DNA of 64,000 nt from Lama guanicoe. Taxonomy: Eukaryota. The stretch lies in the NCBI GenBank assembly GCA_013239625.1, contig MU053561.1:5382439-5446438 (forward strand), written 5' to 3'. Made by a program: the position numbers and the translations under genes. The notes below the pieces were generated by a model. The model was not told the origin of the DNA, did no database searches, and saw only the letters and a list, made by a program, of their open reading frames with translations. Shown here piece after piece: positions 1 through 61,899 of this stretch (the first letter of the stretch is position 1; each line of letters starts with the position of its first letter).

Positions 1-344
1 TCAGAATTTTGTGAGATTATTAACTAGCACTTCAGTGAAATTATGAATTCTGGTTTTTCACCATGACTGAAAATCTCAAGTACTTTGTATAAAATTCACT
101 GACAACCTAAGCCTAATTTACCATTCAGGCTGATAATTAATGAGCTGCAAATACTCATTTCCTGCCACACATTAGCTGCTGCCTCAATCTTACATTTTAA
201 TTGGGCTTTCTTTCCCATCTCATTACTCAAATATTGATAAACTTTTAAAAGTTTCTTTAAAAAAAAAGGTCAAGAGGCAGTGACAGTTTTATAAATAATG
301 ATGTTGACAATGGTAGGAGAAGCCACAACAAGCCACAGCAGCTA

Positions 345-560
345 ACATTCCCTGCAGGTCCAGGCACAGGGCTTCACGTGCGTTATCTCCTTTCATCCTC
401 ACATACATATGAGACAAGAAGTGTTATCATCATCCTCATTTCCCGGGGGAAACCAGAGCTCTTGGAGGGTAAGTAATCTGCCCAAGATCAGACAGCTATT
501 AAAAGACATAAGCAGGTCTAGAATCCAAGTCTGTCTGATTACAAAGCCCAGCACTTAATG
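345..560 (-). mobile_element. MIR SINE
   Basis: Antisense MIR core: atcctcattt...gggtaagtaatctgcccaagatcagacagcta. Confidence 0.65.
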
Positions 561-2262
561 ACACTATCTTATACAGAGATTTAGCATCTATGGTCTGCAA
601 AACCATCAAAAGAGTAAGAAAAAATTTAAACAAGTATATAAATATTTTTAAATTTTGTATATAAGCAAATAAATATAATACACACAAAAATATATTTAAT
701 ATATAATGTATTAAAATTTAATAAGACAAAGTTTAAATAGAACAAATGTAAAAATATGTTAAGTATATTTATGTGACACAAGTTATTTTGCTGAATTCCC
801 CTTATCTCTTAGTTTTACCGTGAACACTAGACTCTCCCCTAGTCTTTGTGGTGCTAGGGAAGGGGTATCTTCAACACAAAAAGTGGTTAGCATGTATCAC
901 ACGGAGTAATAATCTTTCACTATTTCTGTTACTCTAAATGCATGGGATTATTGCATGACATTAGAATGAGAATATGATTATCTAAAATGGTTATTTGTTT
1001 TTGAAATACCGATTTCCAATGATACAACATAAAATCCACCTACAAGCTGCTTCCTTTCATTTTTCTGACACAGGCCACATAATCATCCTCACAGCATCAG
1101 TGACAGTTCCAGTTCCAAGCGTTACCATAGCAACTGCTTTTGGAAAATGGAAACTAGTATCAGTGAGCAGTGACCTGATACTATAGTAATAACTCATCCA
1201 TGTCACAGAATCTTCTTCCTGTACACACTGGCATTAATTTTAGCAAGGTTTCTTTTGTAAATTGGTTTGGCTCACAACACCTGCCTGAAAGTGTTTCCTT
1301 TTTTCACTAATGTTTTAGTGACTATCTAGGCTAAAAGGATCTCACTACCCAAGATATAACCAAACTCACTGGCAAAGGCAAGAGCACATTTTCATGTGGT
1401 CAAAGATTTGAATCATTTGGCTTGGAAAAATAAAGACACCAGACAAACATGACACACCAGTATCAACTTGCTGGCTCTCATCGTATGTTCATTTGGATTT
1501 TATAATTATATTTAAAGATAATTTTTTTCTTAGAAACATAAAGACACGACAAATATTTAGTTTGCTGAATCATAACAGCCCTGAATATATTAGAGGTAAT
1601 TCCTCCTTTGTTGAGGGAATTAATATATATATTCACCCTTCTCAGATGACAATATTCTGTCAAACTAGGTTCAGGGTATTTAGATTAATTTTTAAAGGGT
1701 CTGACAAAATTTTTACCTTTTAATGAAGCATGTAAAGTAAGAATGCCTCATCATTCAAGAAGGTTGCTTTATAGCTGGAAGATAGCAATTTTTATTAAAT
1801 GACATGAAAGGACCATTTAAGACATATTTGGGTCAAGATTTTTCTGCTAATCTGTTTTGTTTCTTCTCAGCCACTTCTAGCATTTAATTCATTTCTGCAT
1901 ACATGATTTCTCCTAATTAAAAAAAAATCCTATGCCCCCCAAATTTAAAAAAAATTCAGCACTGTTTTTCTTTCAGTAAATCAGTAAGGTCACATCCCTA
2001 ATATACTGCTGCAGTATAATCCTGATGCAAACTAAGCTACTGAGACTTATTTTACAAAATCTGAGATGATAGATAAACCGAAGCCTGGAAGGCTTGATTC
2101 AGATTATCTAATTTTGAAAGGTAAAGAGAATATGCAGCATTTTAATAAAAGGTAAGTCTCTAAGGCAATTTACACATGATTCCTATTAGTTTCATAAACC
2201 CCAGTGGGAGACTCAGAAAACTACAAATGTAAAGAGGGGCAATGGGACATGGGAGCCCTTAC

Positions 2263-50022
<47,760 letters not shown>

Positions 50023-51230
50023 TTAACTTTCCAAGACACCAACAGCTGATTCTTCTTTTAAACCTCAATTACCATTACTTAACATTTGAAGGAAAGATAA
50101 ATCCACTAAGGATTTCATTTTTATGTAGCTAGCTTACGTATTTTTTTCCTCTCTAGCATAAATGTAAACTATTTATGCTACTTACTAGAGTCACGAAGAA
50201 CAAAAAAAGAAACAATTTTTTAAAGTTCTTTTAATGAACTAACTCCATTTAAAAATCCTGAACAAATATTAATTATGTAATTATTTTAGACTAATGAATA
50301 AAGCGCTTAAGGCTTAAGACAGGAATTCACATATTACTTCTTAGCCATTATTCTCTTCAAGTAATTTCAAAAAATTAAGCAGTAAGTAAACTGTTTAAGG
50401 AAATTCACTACAGCAACAGAGCACTACATTTCCAGCTATTAAGGAATGAATGCCAAAGTAAAATCTTTCGGATCCAAGCTATAAATTCAGGTTATGCCAT
50501 CATTGCTGTATTTTTAATCAAATTTCACCAAACAAGAATTATTACTTTTATGAACTGATACTGGAAATGTCATTTCAAATACTAGAGAATCCAAGGAAGA
50601 GACCCAGGGGTTCAGGCTGGAGCAGAGCTGGGGCCTTGTCCTGCACGAGGATGCCTTCCCAAGCCTGTGCCTGTACTTGCGCTCCCTGTTAACAGCCCTC
50701 CAAGCCAGAAACCTGAGAATCAGGCACCTCGGGTTCCTCCCTCTACTCCAGGCACCAAATCCGGTTGATTCCATCTCCTAAATACCTCTAGGATTTACAG
50801 ACTTTTCTTCATTGTCATACTCGCTAAATTCATTCCATTATCTACGGCCTGTATTGTTGGTCTCCTGCGGTCACCCCCTTCCCAAAACAAGACCCTTCCC
50901 TACCCAAGCTGGGGCCAGTGACTTTTCCAAAGCAATCTGAGCAAAAAGCCCTCTAAAGCCATCAGTGGTTCCCATGATCCTTGGCATAAAATCCAGACTC
51001 TACCTCTCCAGCTTCTTTCTTGCCTCATCCCTTTCACAGTCAAGGCTTTAGCCACAGCAGATTCCACCCCAGCCCCAGTTCTTTTAGGCTTTCTTGCACT
51101 TGCTTATCTCCAAGGCCTTTTCTTTTTCCTTGGAAGTTTTCCTATTCCTTTTCCCACTCTTACCTCAGCTAACTCCTACTCAACCCTTCAGGTCCTGGCT
51201 TAGAAAGTTTCTTTTCAGAATTTTCCTTTT

Positions 51231-51357
51231 CTTTTTTTGGTGAGGGGGGAGGTAATTAGGTTTATTTATTTATTTTTTTAATGGAGGTACTGGGGATTGA
51301 ACCCGGGACCTTGTGCATGCTAAGCACACACTGTATCACTGAGCTATACCTTTCCCC
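51231..51357 (-). mobile_element. tRNA-derived SINE, Vic-1-like
   Basis: Reverse complement ggggaaaggtatagctcagtgatacagtgtgtgcttagcatgcacaaggtcccgggttcaatccccagtacctcc. Confidence 0.9.
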
Positions 51358-51974
51358 TAGGGAACCTTTCTTGATTCCCCATCTACGGTGTGGCAATACG
51401 CAGGGACCATGTCTACCTGGTTCACAGCAAGAGCTCCAAGTCTTGGCACAGTGTAAGAACCATGGTAGGTACTCAATATGGAGAGTCGTCAAATTAAGTG
51501 AAACTTTAAACAAATGTAATTAGCACAGTACCTGTGCCATCATTATAAATTAATTCATAGGAAGCTACAGATTGCTTTTACTTTTTAGTGGCATTACATT
51601 CTATTATATTTTGTGACATGTGAAAAAGATTCACAATAATGATGATAAAACATTAATGGTAAATGATCTCAGAAAACAATGATTAAGCCAATATTCTAAA
51701 CAAAGACTGTATGCAATGAATTTCCCCCTTATTTTTACCCAATTTTTAAATAAAAACAACCATTTCTTTATCTGTTTTATATTACAGAGGACGCAAAATC
51801 TAGAAATCATAACTTCCTTTTTTTTTAACATATTTTTTCACTGTCAAATTTTGGTTTCTCATATACTGACTAAAATACACTGTTAGAGTCCCCAAATCAA
51901 CAGCTTTTAGTTCCATATTAAGTAAAAGTTAACATTAGAAAATAAATTCGAAACAATTAAATTTATGACTAGTA

Positions 51975-52410
51975 GCTATGACAGATGGCAAAACATGGCC
52001 CCATATTTTGAACCTCCTCCCCACATGAGAGGGGCCTGTTGCCTCACCTCTTGAATCTGGACTGGATTCATGGCTTGCTTTGAATATTTTAATGTGATGG
52101 TGTGCAAGTTCAGGAGTCTAGATTTCCACCTTTGCCTTCTTGGAATGGTCCCACCACCATGGATGGATATCCAGGCTAGACCACTGAATGATGAGAGTCC
52201 CAGCCAACAAACAGCACCAAGGCCCCAGACATATGAGTGACTCTATTTTAGCCCTTCCAATCCTTGTTGAGCTGCCAACAACTGCAGCCACATGAGTGGT
52301 CCCAGTTGAGCTCAGCCAACTCATGAAACCATGAGAAATAATACATGGTGGTTGTTTTAAGCCATTAAGTTTTAGGGTAGTCTGTAATACAGCAAAGGCT
52401 AATTGAAATA
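51975..52410 (+). mobile_element. MaLR LTR (MLT1-type)
   Basis: Characteristic MLT1 3' end ggttgttttaagccattaagttttagggtagtctgtaatacagcaaaggctaa. Confidence 0.75.
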
Positions 52411-53099
52411 TTACCCAAATAAACTCTACTATAAAACATAATGACTATATAAAACCCAATTTAAGGGTAAACCATACTACAGATAACACTATTTAAAAAA
52501 AAGCACTAACCCAAGGGGCAGGAGCAACTCTGTGTTGTAGTCTGGGATGATTATTAATGGTACAGTTTTGAGTGAGCACTTAATCCCTCTGGGCTTCGTT
52601 CTCTTTCTGCAAAGTGGCATTGAGCGAGATGGTGTTCTTAACTCTTTCCATTAATAGATACAAAACATTATGTATGATTCCAACATATATGTTTCCAAGA
52701 CTCACAAAGTAGCTTTAAAGTTAATTCTCTTTACAAATGTATTATAAATTTTTACTTCCCCCCAAAACATACAATCTCGTACACATAAAAAGTTCTCTAC
52801 CTTCCCCTACCCTACCCATTGCCTTCAGCATTCCAGAGAATTCATCTTTCTATTCTGATACTCTATAAACTTAATGTAAAGCTTTGTATACTCCATCCAG
52901 TAAATACTATCTTTGTCCTTTTTACATAAAAATTCCTCTAAGTTCTCCTTACTCAGTCTCCAATTCCTCTCCTCTCATTCTCTCCGTGCCATTCCAATCA
53001 GATCATTGCCCCAACCACTCCCACTGAGACAATTTGTTATGTGTATTAGTAGTTTCCACTTGGCCTGACCCAATGGTCAAGTCTCAGTGCTCATATTAC

Positions 53100-55920
53100 T
53101 TGGCCAATCAACAACCTTTGACATAATTGATCATTCTCTCCCTTTTGTTTTATTCTGAAATACACAGAAAAGTACATAAAACATACATGTAAAATTTAAC
53201 AAGTAATAATTAAGCAAACTCATCCAGGTGAAGAAACAGAACATTATGAGGACGCCAAAAGCCCCACTGTGTGCCTCCAACCATAAATCTCTCTCTTCCT
53301 CCACCCCCAACGTAACCACCTTCTTGACACTTGTGATGATTTCCTGTCTTTTAAAAAATATTTTTACCTACGAAGTAATGCATTTCTGAGCAACAGAGCT
53401 TAGTTTTGCCTGTTTTGTAACTTCATATGAAAGGAATCATACCATATGCATCCTTTTGTGTCCATGTCAATACCTGTTACCAGGTTTTGAAATTTCTGCC
53501 AACATGCTAAACACGCAAAGGCATCTCACTGTGTATTTCATGCACAAATGCCTTATGAGATTAAACATTTTTCATATATGTACTAGCCACAGAGATTGCT
53601 TCTGCTGTGAAGTGGCTATTCAAGTCCTTTGCCACTTCTCTTTTGGGGTGCTTATCTTTTTAAAAATTGTAGTTCTTTACATTCTGGACACTATAGTACT
53701 TCATCAAATCTAAGTAACCAGCAGCTTCCAAATGCACCATTATTTTATCCCTAAGAAAGATATAAAAACCCTGGCAATTACAATTGAGGGATGTCATGTA
53801 TTGCAAGATGCATTCCAATTGTAGAGAGGTTAAAATGTGAAATAACTGTCTTAGTACTAAAGCACCACAGTCCTTTGCCAATCGATATGTGTGTTGCAAA
53901 TGGGGTGTTTCTGCTGAAATGTGAAATACACTTTCTTGAAATAATGCTTTCTGCAAAATCATGCACCAAAACAAACAGAAGATTGTGGAGAAAATAAGGT
54001 AGGGTGGATCTCTGTATCCAGAGCACAAGTAAAATCAGTAACAATCCTAATAAAAATATTAATACAGTTTAAAAGATACGTTATACTCCTCATAAAAATA
54101 TTAGAGTAAATAAAATACTTTGTCTTTAAAAACAGTAAGAAAAAAAGAAATGAAGAGAAAAGGCAGCTTGGCAGAAAGGGGTACAAGCAGGGTTGAGGCT
54201 ATTGAATAATGAAGATATGGCAAAATGTGCAAACAACAATTTTAAGATCAAGCATAAGTTCAAGTAGAAAAAAGATGCCAAATTGAGGTGAACAGGCATC
54301 ATATACAGTAGAAGCAACATATGGCTATGTTTGTACAGTGTATGTTTACTTGCTGCTACTTGATGATACAAAACATTAGCTTGCTGGGAAGAAGAAATAA
54401 GAACAAACATTATCTCAGATCACTTGACATCATTCTCCTACCTAATTAGGAATCACATATGAACTTATCCACATTATCAAAACAAATGATGTTGCAAAAC
54501 ACTATCTTCTCCCATTCCGTGATTTCTTTTCACCTTTTTTTTTTCAGTGGTCTTTTGATGACAGAAGTTTTTCATTTTACCGTAGTCAAATTTATCAGTC
54601 TTTTCCTTTAGATTGAATGCTTTTTGTGTCTTGTTGAAGAAATCCCTTCCAAGGCCATGGACATACTCCATATCCTTTTAAAAAAAATTACAGTTTTGCC
54701 TTTCACACCTAGTACTTTAATGTTCTAAAACATTTTTTTTGGACCTAGTGGGAGGTAGTAATTCAATTTCCTTTTTTTCCCAAATGCCTCTTCAACAAGA
54801 TTTACTGGAAGTCAATTATTTCCCCCTCTGATCAGTGACGGCACCTCTGTCACAGCAATCTTACATAGAAACACCCATTTAAGACTGGGGTCTATCACTG
54901 GGCTTTCTATTACCTCCCGTTCATCTACTGTACATTCCTGCAGCTGCATCACAGTGTGTAATTATTACACTGCTGTGATAAATCCTGAGATAGAATAGAG
55001 CAAGTCCACTTATCTTGTTTTTTCTATTCATAGCCTTTCTATATAAATTCTGGAATCAGATAGGCTAAAGATGCTGGAATTTTTATGGAATTAGATTCAA
55101 TCTATTAATCAATTTGAGGTGAACTGGTATCTTCGCCATATTGAGTCTTTTAATCCATGAACAAGAAATCTCTGTCAATATACTTAGATTTTCCTTAATG
55201 TCCCTTAATTTTACTTTATAGAGGTCTTTAGATTAATTTTTAGATATTTCAAATATTTTTATACTGTCTTGATGCTATAAATGATATCTTTCTGTAAATT
55301 TTCATCTTCTAATTATTGATGGTATAAAAGAATATAATTGTGGGAGTTTATTTGGTCATTTTATCTAGATATAATTTACCTATAATAAAATTCACTAATA
55401 TTAACAGTACAATCCTATGAATTTTGGGAACCATTACCCCTAAAAGTTTCCTTGTATCCTTTTGCAGTCTCCTACCCTGTGGGAACCTATGATCTATTGT
55501 CATTATAGTTTTGCCTTTATTAGAATCTCATAGAAATTAAATCACACTTTAATTTGATTCTAGTAGTGGTTTGTGTCTGGCTTCTTTCATTCTGCATGAC
55601 ACTTTTGAGATTCATCCATTTTGTTGGGATATTCCACTGTATAGATATACCAAAATTTGATTATGCACTCACCACTGGTGGACATTTGGATTATTTCCAG
55701 ATTTCAGGTACCATAAAAATAAAAAAAGCTGCTATAAGTTTACATGTCTTTAGGTGGATGTGTATTTAAATTTATGTTGGGTTAATACCTGAGAGTAGAA
55801 TAACTAGGTCATATGATAAGTGTATGTGTAACTTTATTAAAAACACGTCCCTTCAAAGCAGACGCACCATCCTGCATTCCTACCAACAATATATGAGAGC
55901 TACAGCTAATTTACATTGGT
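53100..55920 (-). mobile_element. Cluster of old L1M fragments, possibly with a Tc1/mariner-type relic at about 53700-54450
   Basis: ORF 54477..54671 resembles L1 ORF2 (KAFNLKEKTDKFDYGKMKNFC); antisense L1 3'UTR motifs. Confidence 0.55.
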
Positions 55921-57360
55921 TTTTCTATTTAAAAATTCCTTTCTGGAGCCTCATGACAGAGTTACTTTTTCTAAATTTCAAGGAAAAAATCAGTTGATGG
56001 AGAATATGAGAAAAGAAAAGTATTATAATTCTGCTGCGAGAATTAAAGCTTAATTGTTTGACATAGAGATGATACTGGTTTAAAGGAAACTACTGGCATC
56101 AACTGAAAACAAGGGCAGGGAACACTGAAAAGTAGAATCAAATGTTAAAGCTTGACATTTCCAGGGACCAGGACAGAAGCACGGGGGAGAGCAGCCAGTC
56201 CTACCTGCAGCTGTTCCCACGCTGCAAGTGTGCGGTCAGGGCCCTGTCTGCTGATGGTGGGTCATTCTTGCAAAAACAATATTAATAAGAACATATATAT
56301 TTATAACTTATATAAAGCCTATGAGTGATGTGCCAAAAAAGTGACAAGTTTTAGAGGCTAGGTAAGACCTAAATTGGCAGTTTCAACATGTGATTCTGTG
56401 TAATGCTGTTAACATTGGTGGGGAGACCTGAATGTTACCTGAATATTATCCAACAATGTCCTTTGACATTTTCCACCATTTGATATTTGCTATGCATTTC
56501 AGTGCTTTGTAAATACTTTAAGAGAGTAAATGCAGAAAGAAGTGAATGTCATAGCACACTTTACCCTTAAATCAGAAACTGGTCTAAAATCCGAAGTAAA
56601 AGCAACATAGATTTCAATGGCAAAAACAAAACCAGGCCAAGAAAACAAAATATGGGAAACAAGTTTATATGTGTGACCAGTGGCTAATGCCCAATTTGAA
56701 GATGCTTTTGGACAAACTCAACAATTTGATGAATGTCGATGCAAAATGAAATACATTTTTTTCTATGTCTGGAATATTTCTTAACAAACAAAGATCATGG
56801 CCATCAGATAATGTGAAGATACTTTGTATGCTTTAAATTTTTATTACAGGAGTGAAAAATTCAAATATTAAATATGTGTGATATTATCTTTCAAATTTGT
56901 GTATGATTTTTATTTGGCATTTTATGTTACTGTTCCCTTCTTTTAAGGTTCTATTAGCAAATGACTATATCAGGCTGAAATTATTTGAAAGTTGTATTAA
57001 ATACTGTCATGTTAGTTTCTAATAATAATAACCCATTAATTTTATATTGCCAGTTTCTCTAGGCGGTTGGTGCACTCAAGATAATCCAACCCACACCTCT
57101 GTTTATAGCCATTATTACTGCTGTAACGGTCAAGAGCAGCAATCATTTTGGTTCTTAAGGTATTTGATTCAACTGGTACTTGATCACAATCTAGCCACAG
57201 GTTATACTATGATTAAATTGTGATGCCACTTGTCATGAACTATGAGCATCCTACTTCTCACTGGAAGGAATCTGGCTCTGTGCTCAAGAACACAACAAAA
57301 CTAATCCTTAAACTCCTTCCTGGAAGGTCTGTCTCCTGGGACTACTTCCAGTATCAATTC

Positions 57361-58190
57361 TGCATCAGCCAGGGTCCAAACAGGAGCCAGAAACTAGACA
57401 GTAACTTGAATAAGGAGAGCTTACTGTAAAGAATTATAAACTATTTGTAAAGAATTAACTAACAGAGAATAAAAGAGAATTCGGAAGATATCACCCAAGA
57501 GATGAACAAGAACAAACTTAGAAGAAAGGGACACACTCAAAATCTGCGATTCAGACTTTGCTGGAGGTGTATAGCAGCCCACTGGATGGTAGAAAAGTGT
57601 GCTGGATTGCCTGGGGACATAGTTCGCCCACAGTCAGTGGGTTGACTGTCAGGCAGGGAACTGCCTGCTGGAGTACCAGTGACATTCACCAGCAAGCTGC
57701 CTTGGGTGGTGGGGATGCATATAGGGGGACTTACTGGAAAGCCAGTTGGTTTTGCTAGAAACCCACAGGAAAACCACTTGTAAGAGATATTGCTGAGATC
57801 TGGGGAGCCTGCTGGGATTCCCACAGAACTCTCAGGAAACTGCAAAGAATTCAGTTGGTGCATCGGTAGGCATCTATTAGGGTGTTCCTGAACTCACTGC
57901 TGGGACTCTCCCCACCCTCTCCCCACAACGGTGCACTACTGAACTTACCCCTGGGTAGCTGACTGCTAGAGTGCTGCTGAAACTTTCTGAGTATCTTTTT
58001 GTAGGCAGGAGCAAAAAGAAAAACACACTAGAATCAGGAAAAGAAGCTTATTCTTTCTCCAGTATCCTTTCTGCACCCTCTACTGACAAAGCTGAACACT
58101 GTGCCAGATGGAAAGGAAAAATGTGACAGTATCATAAGCAGGAAAAAAGAGTAGATGTGTAGCCAAGAGGCAGCAATAATTGGCAGACTA
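57361..58190 (-). mobile_element. Old ERVL/MaLR-type LTR relic
   Basis: Terminus tgcatcagccagggtccaaacaggagccagaaac resembles the reverse complement of ERVL/MaLR LTR ends; GC-richer body; boundaries approximate. Confidence 0.45.
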
Positions 58191-58199
58191 GTTTTCTGA

Positions 58200-61100
58200 G
58201 AGATTCTATCATGAACTAAAGTTGAATTTTTGTTAAATGTTTTTAGCACCCATTGAGAAGATCACATGGCTTTTCTAGTCTGTTAGTATATTAATCCTCA
58301 AATGTTACACCAACCTTGCATTCCTGGGACAAATAGCACTTGGTTGTAATATGTTATCCTAGTATATATTGCTATATATTGATTTGCTAACATATTTACA
58401 GAATTTTTGAGTCTATGTTCATGAAAAAAAATTTGGTCTAATATTATTTTCTTTCAATATTTTTGTCTGGCTTTAGAATCAGGGTAATGCTCAGATCACA
58501 AAGTGAGCTGGGAAGTGTTCTATTTTTCAGAAGAATTTGTGTAGAAGTGGTATAATTTCTTCTTTAAATATTTGGAACAATTCACCAGTACCATCTGGGC
58601 CTGAAGTTTTCTTTATGGGAAAGTTACAAACTACAAATTTAATTTCTTTAATAGTTAGAGAGCTGTTCAGTTTATCTATTTCTTCTTGAGTGAGCATTGA
58701 TAGTTTCTGTCTTCCAATCCATTTCATCTGAGTTGCTGAGTTTATTGGCATAAAGTTGTTTAGGATATTCCTTATTATCCACTTAACATCTTTAGGACTT
58801 TTAGTGATGCCGTCTCTCTCATTCCTGATCCTGTTGTTTATCACTTTTATTGATCTGAAAGAAGCAACTTGGGATTTCACCGATTTTTCTCTGTCATTTC
58901 TATTATCTAGTTTATTGATTTCTGCTCTTTGTTATTTCCTTCCTACCACTTTATTTGGGTTTACTTTGCTCTTCTTATGGTAGAAATTTAGATCACTGAT
59001 TGAGATCTTCATTATTTTCTAATATAAGTGTTTAACACTGTAAATTTCCCTCTAAATACTGCTCTAGCAAAATTCCACAAATTGATATGTTATATTGACA
59101 TGTGTGATCCTTTGTAATTTTCCTTATGGCTCATTCTTTAACTCACAGGTTAGTTAGAAGAGCGCTATTCACTTTCCAAATGTTTGAAGATCTTCCAGAT
59201 ATCTTTCTGTAAATGATTTCTAGTTTAATTCCATTATGATCAGAACATATTTCATATGATTTAAATCCTTTTAAATTTACTGAGTCTTGTTTTATGGTCC
59301 AAAACATGGTCTATATTTGATGTATCATGTTCACTAGAAAAGAATGTATATCCGTATGTTGCTGAGTGGCATGCCCTAACAAGTAACAATTAGGTTAAGT
59401 TGGTTTAAAGTGTTATTCATGTTATAACCTTATTGATTTTCTGCTTACTTTTTCCTAAGGAGGTATTAAAATCTTGAACTATAATTATGAAGTTGTTTAT
59501 TTTCTTTTTGGTTCTATCATTTTGGTATCATTTCCATTCCACCTGAAGAATTTCCTTTAACAGTTCTTACAGTGCAAGTCTGCTGGAGAAAAATTCTCTC
59601 ACCCTTTTTTGTTTCAAAAAGTCTATTTCTTTTTTTTTAAGGGTGTTTTTATTGTATACAGAAATCTAGGTTGCCATTTTTTTTTCCCTTCCAGCATATT
59701 AAAGATGACATTTGACTGACTTCTGGCTTGTACTGTTTCTGCTGATAAGTCTGCAGTCATTCTATGTTCCCTTGTATGTATGTATCGTTTTTTTCCGTCT
59801 GCCTTTCACATTTTCTCTTTATCACTGGTTTTCAGCAATTAGATTATGATGTATGTTGATCTGTTTTTTTTTTCAAAATGTCTTTTCTGCCTTGAGATTT
59901 GTTGAGATTCTTAGATCTATGAGATCTATGAGTTTATAGTTTCCATTGAATTTGGAAACATTTCAGCCACTATTTCTTCAAATATTTTTTCAGCTTCTCC
60001 CACTTTGGCTTACTAGTGTGCCACAGGTCAATATGAACAGACTGCAGTCCTGTTCTGCCTATAATCCAGTTATATACATATCCTGCCCAATTCTAGCTGT
60101 TTATGTGGAGAGTAAATCCAGCACCAGTCAGTCCTTCATGGCAGAAGAAGAAGTGTCTCTGCCTCCTTCACTTTTTGATTGCTTTAAAAAATTTACCTCT
60201 TTAGTCTTTTTCCTCTGCATGGTTCAGTTTGATTTATTTATATCTCTATGCATTCAAATTCACTGATCTTTTCTTTTGCAGTTTCTAATCTGCTGTTAAG
60301 CCCATCCAGTGAATTTTTAAAATTCCCTTTAGTTCTTTTTGAAAATGCATATTTCATTTTCTCTTCTGTTCATACTGTTCTTTAAATCCTTGAGTATATT
60401 TATGATAATTCTAAAATTCTTGGTATGGTCATTATGTGTGTCATTTCTGTTTTTTTTTTTTCTTTCTTTAACCGGTTCACTTTTCTTTTGATTATAAGTC
60501 ACATTTTCTTGCTATTTTGTATGCCTAGTAATTTTTTATTAGACACCAAACACTATGAATATTACATTATTCAGTATCTAGATTTTGCTGTCTTCCTTTA
60601 AACAGTGTTGACTTTTTCCCCTTACCTCCCTTCCTCCTTCCCTGTATTTTTCTAACAGACAAGTTACACGCGTATTCACTTGATCTTTTGAAGGATTTTT
60701 AAATTAAACTTCTTTAAAGTGGGCCTCAAGAAGCTCAATCCTTTTAACCTAACTAGTAAGCCATGACCCTTATGGGGTCTCCCACTTAGGCTGCTTAGAA
60801 CTTAATTTCTCTTAGCCCTGCGTAAGCTCTGGGAATTATTAACCTTACAGCTCCCAGAGACTCCCTTGCCCTGCCATGTGGAGTCCTATCCTACACACTG
60901 TCAGCTTGGTATTCAGCAAGAGACCCAAGAAAGAAGGCACCTCTGCAGTTTGCTTGAGCTACTTTTCTTCACAGGTCTTCCCTCCCTGACACCCTGTCTT
61001 GCAAATTTCACACATTTCCAACATCTTGAACTCAGACTTCGGTCTCCTCAACTCAGAGTCCACTGAACCCTGCCTGGGCTCTCCCTCCCGCTCTGTGCTA

Positions 61101-61200
61101 GAAAGTGCCTCCAGGCAGAAAGCTGAGGGAATTATGACCCCTTTGTGTGCAGCCTCCTTTCCTCTTCTCTTAGGGATCATGGTCGTGTTTCATCTACAGT
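58200..61200 (-). mobile_element. Old L1 fragments (ORF2 through ORF1/5' region)
   Basis: ORF 58527..58880 is L1 ORF2-like (LTQEEIDKLNSSLTIKEIK...KKTSGPDG...FQIFKEEIIPLLHK). Confidence 0.8.
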
Positions 61201-61899
61201 GCAATGTCTGACAATAGTAGAAGTCTCTCTCTTATTAATTTTGTTGCTTAATCGTCTCAAATTTTGTCAGAGAGCACTCCTTCTTGGTGGCTTCTTTTTT
61301 TTAATGTTCTTTTGATATTTCCCTACAATTTTTAAAGCATACTTTCTGGTACAATTAGATGTTCTAAGCTCACCTTGTACTTTTCTGGCCTCAGACCTGG
61401 AATCAGAATTTTCTCCCAGAAGATCTGGTGGTCCTTTAGTAAAGAATTGCATTTAAAGACCAGATGTGACCATTCAGCTTGCTAACTGCTACTGACACTT
61501 CGAGGTTCTTGGAGGGGTTTTGGACACTTCAATTTATAGGTTAGGCTTCTGTTAGGAACGGAAATGGCTGCAGCTGTTTGGACTCTGTGAATTAAAACAA
61601 ATAAATTATAGCTCCTTTCTAGGACAAAACCTCACAGTGGGGAGAAACTGCAAAACTAGGACAGTAGAAGTAAGTTAAAAAGAAGATCCAAGTGGCAGAG
61701 GGCAGCAGAAAGTACAAGGACCTATTTTTATTAACTTGCTTTAACCAAGAAAGAGGGAGCTCTAGAGCTATGACACGAAAAACTCTGCCCTGAGACACCC
61801 TATGTGGGCAAAATGCAAAGTTACTTATAAGGGAATAAAAATCAGACTGCTTTTCCATTTTTTAAGAGCGATGCTTTATGTGAGAAGACAATTAGATAA

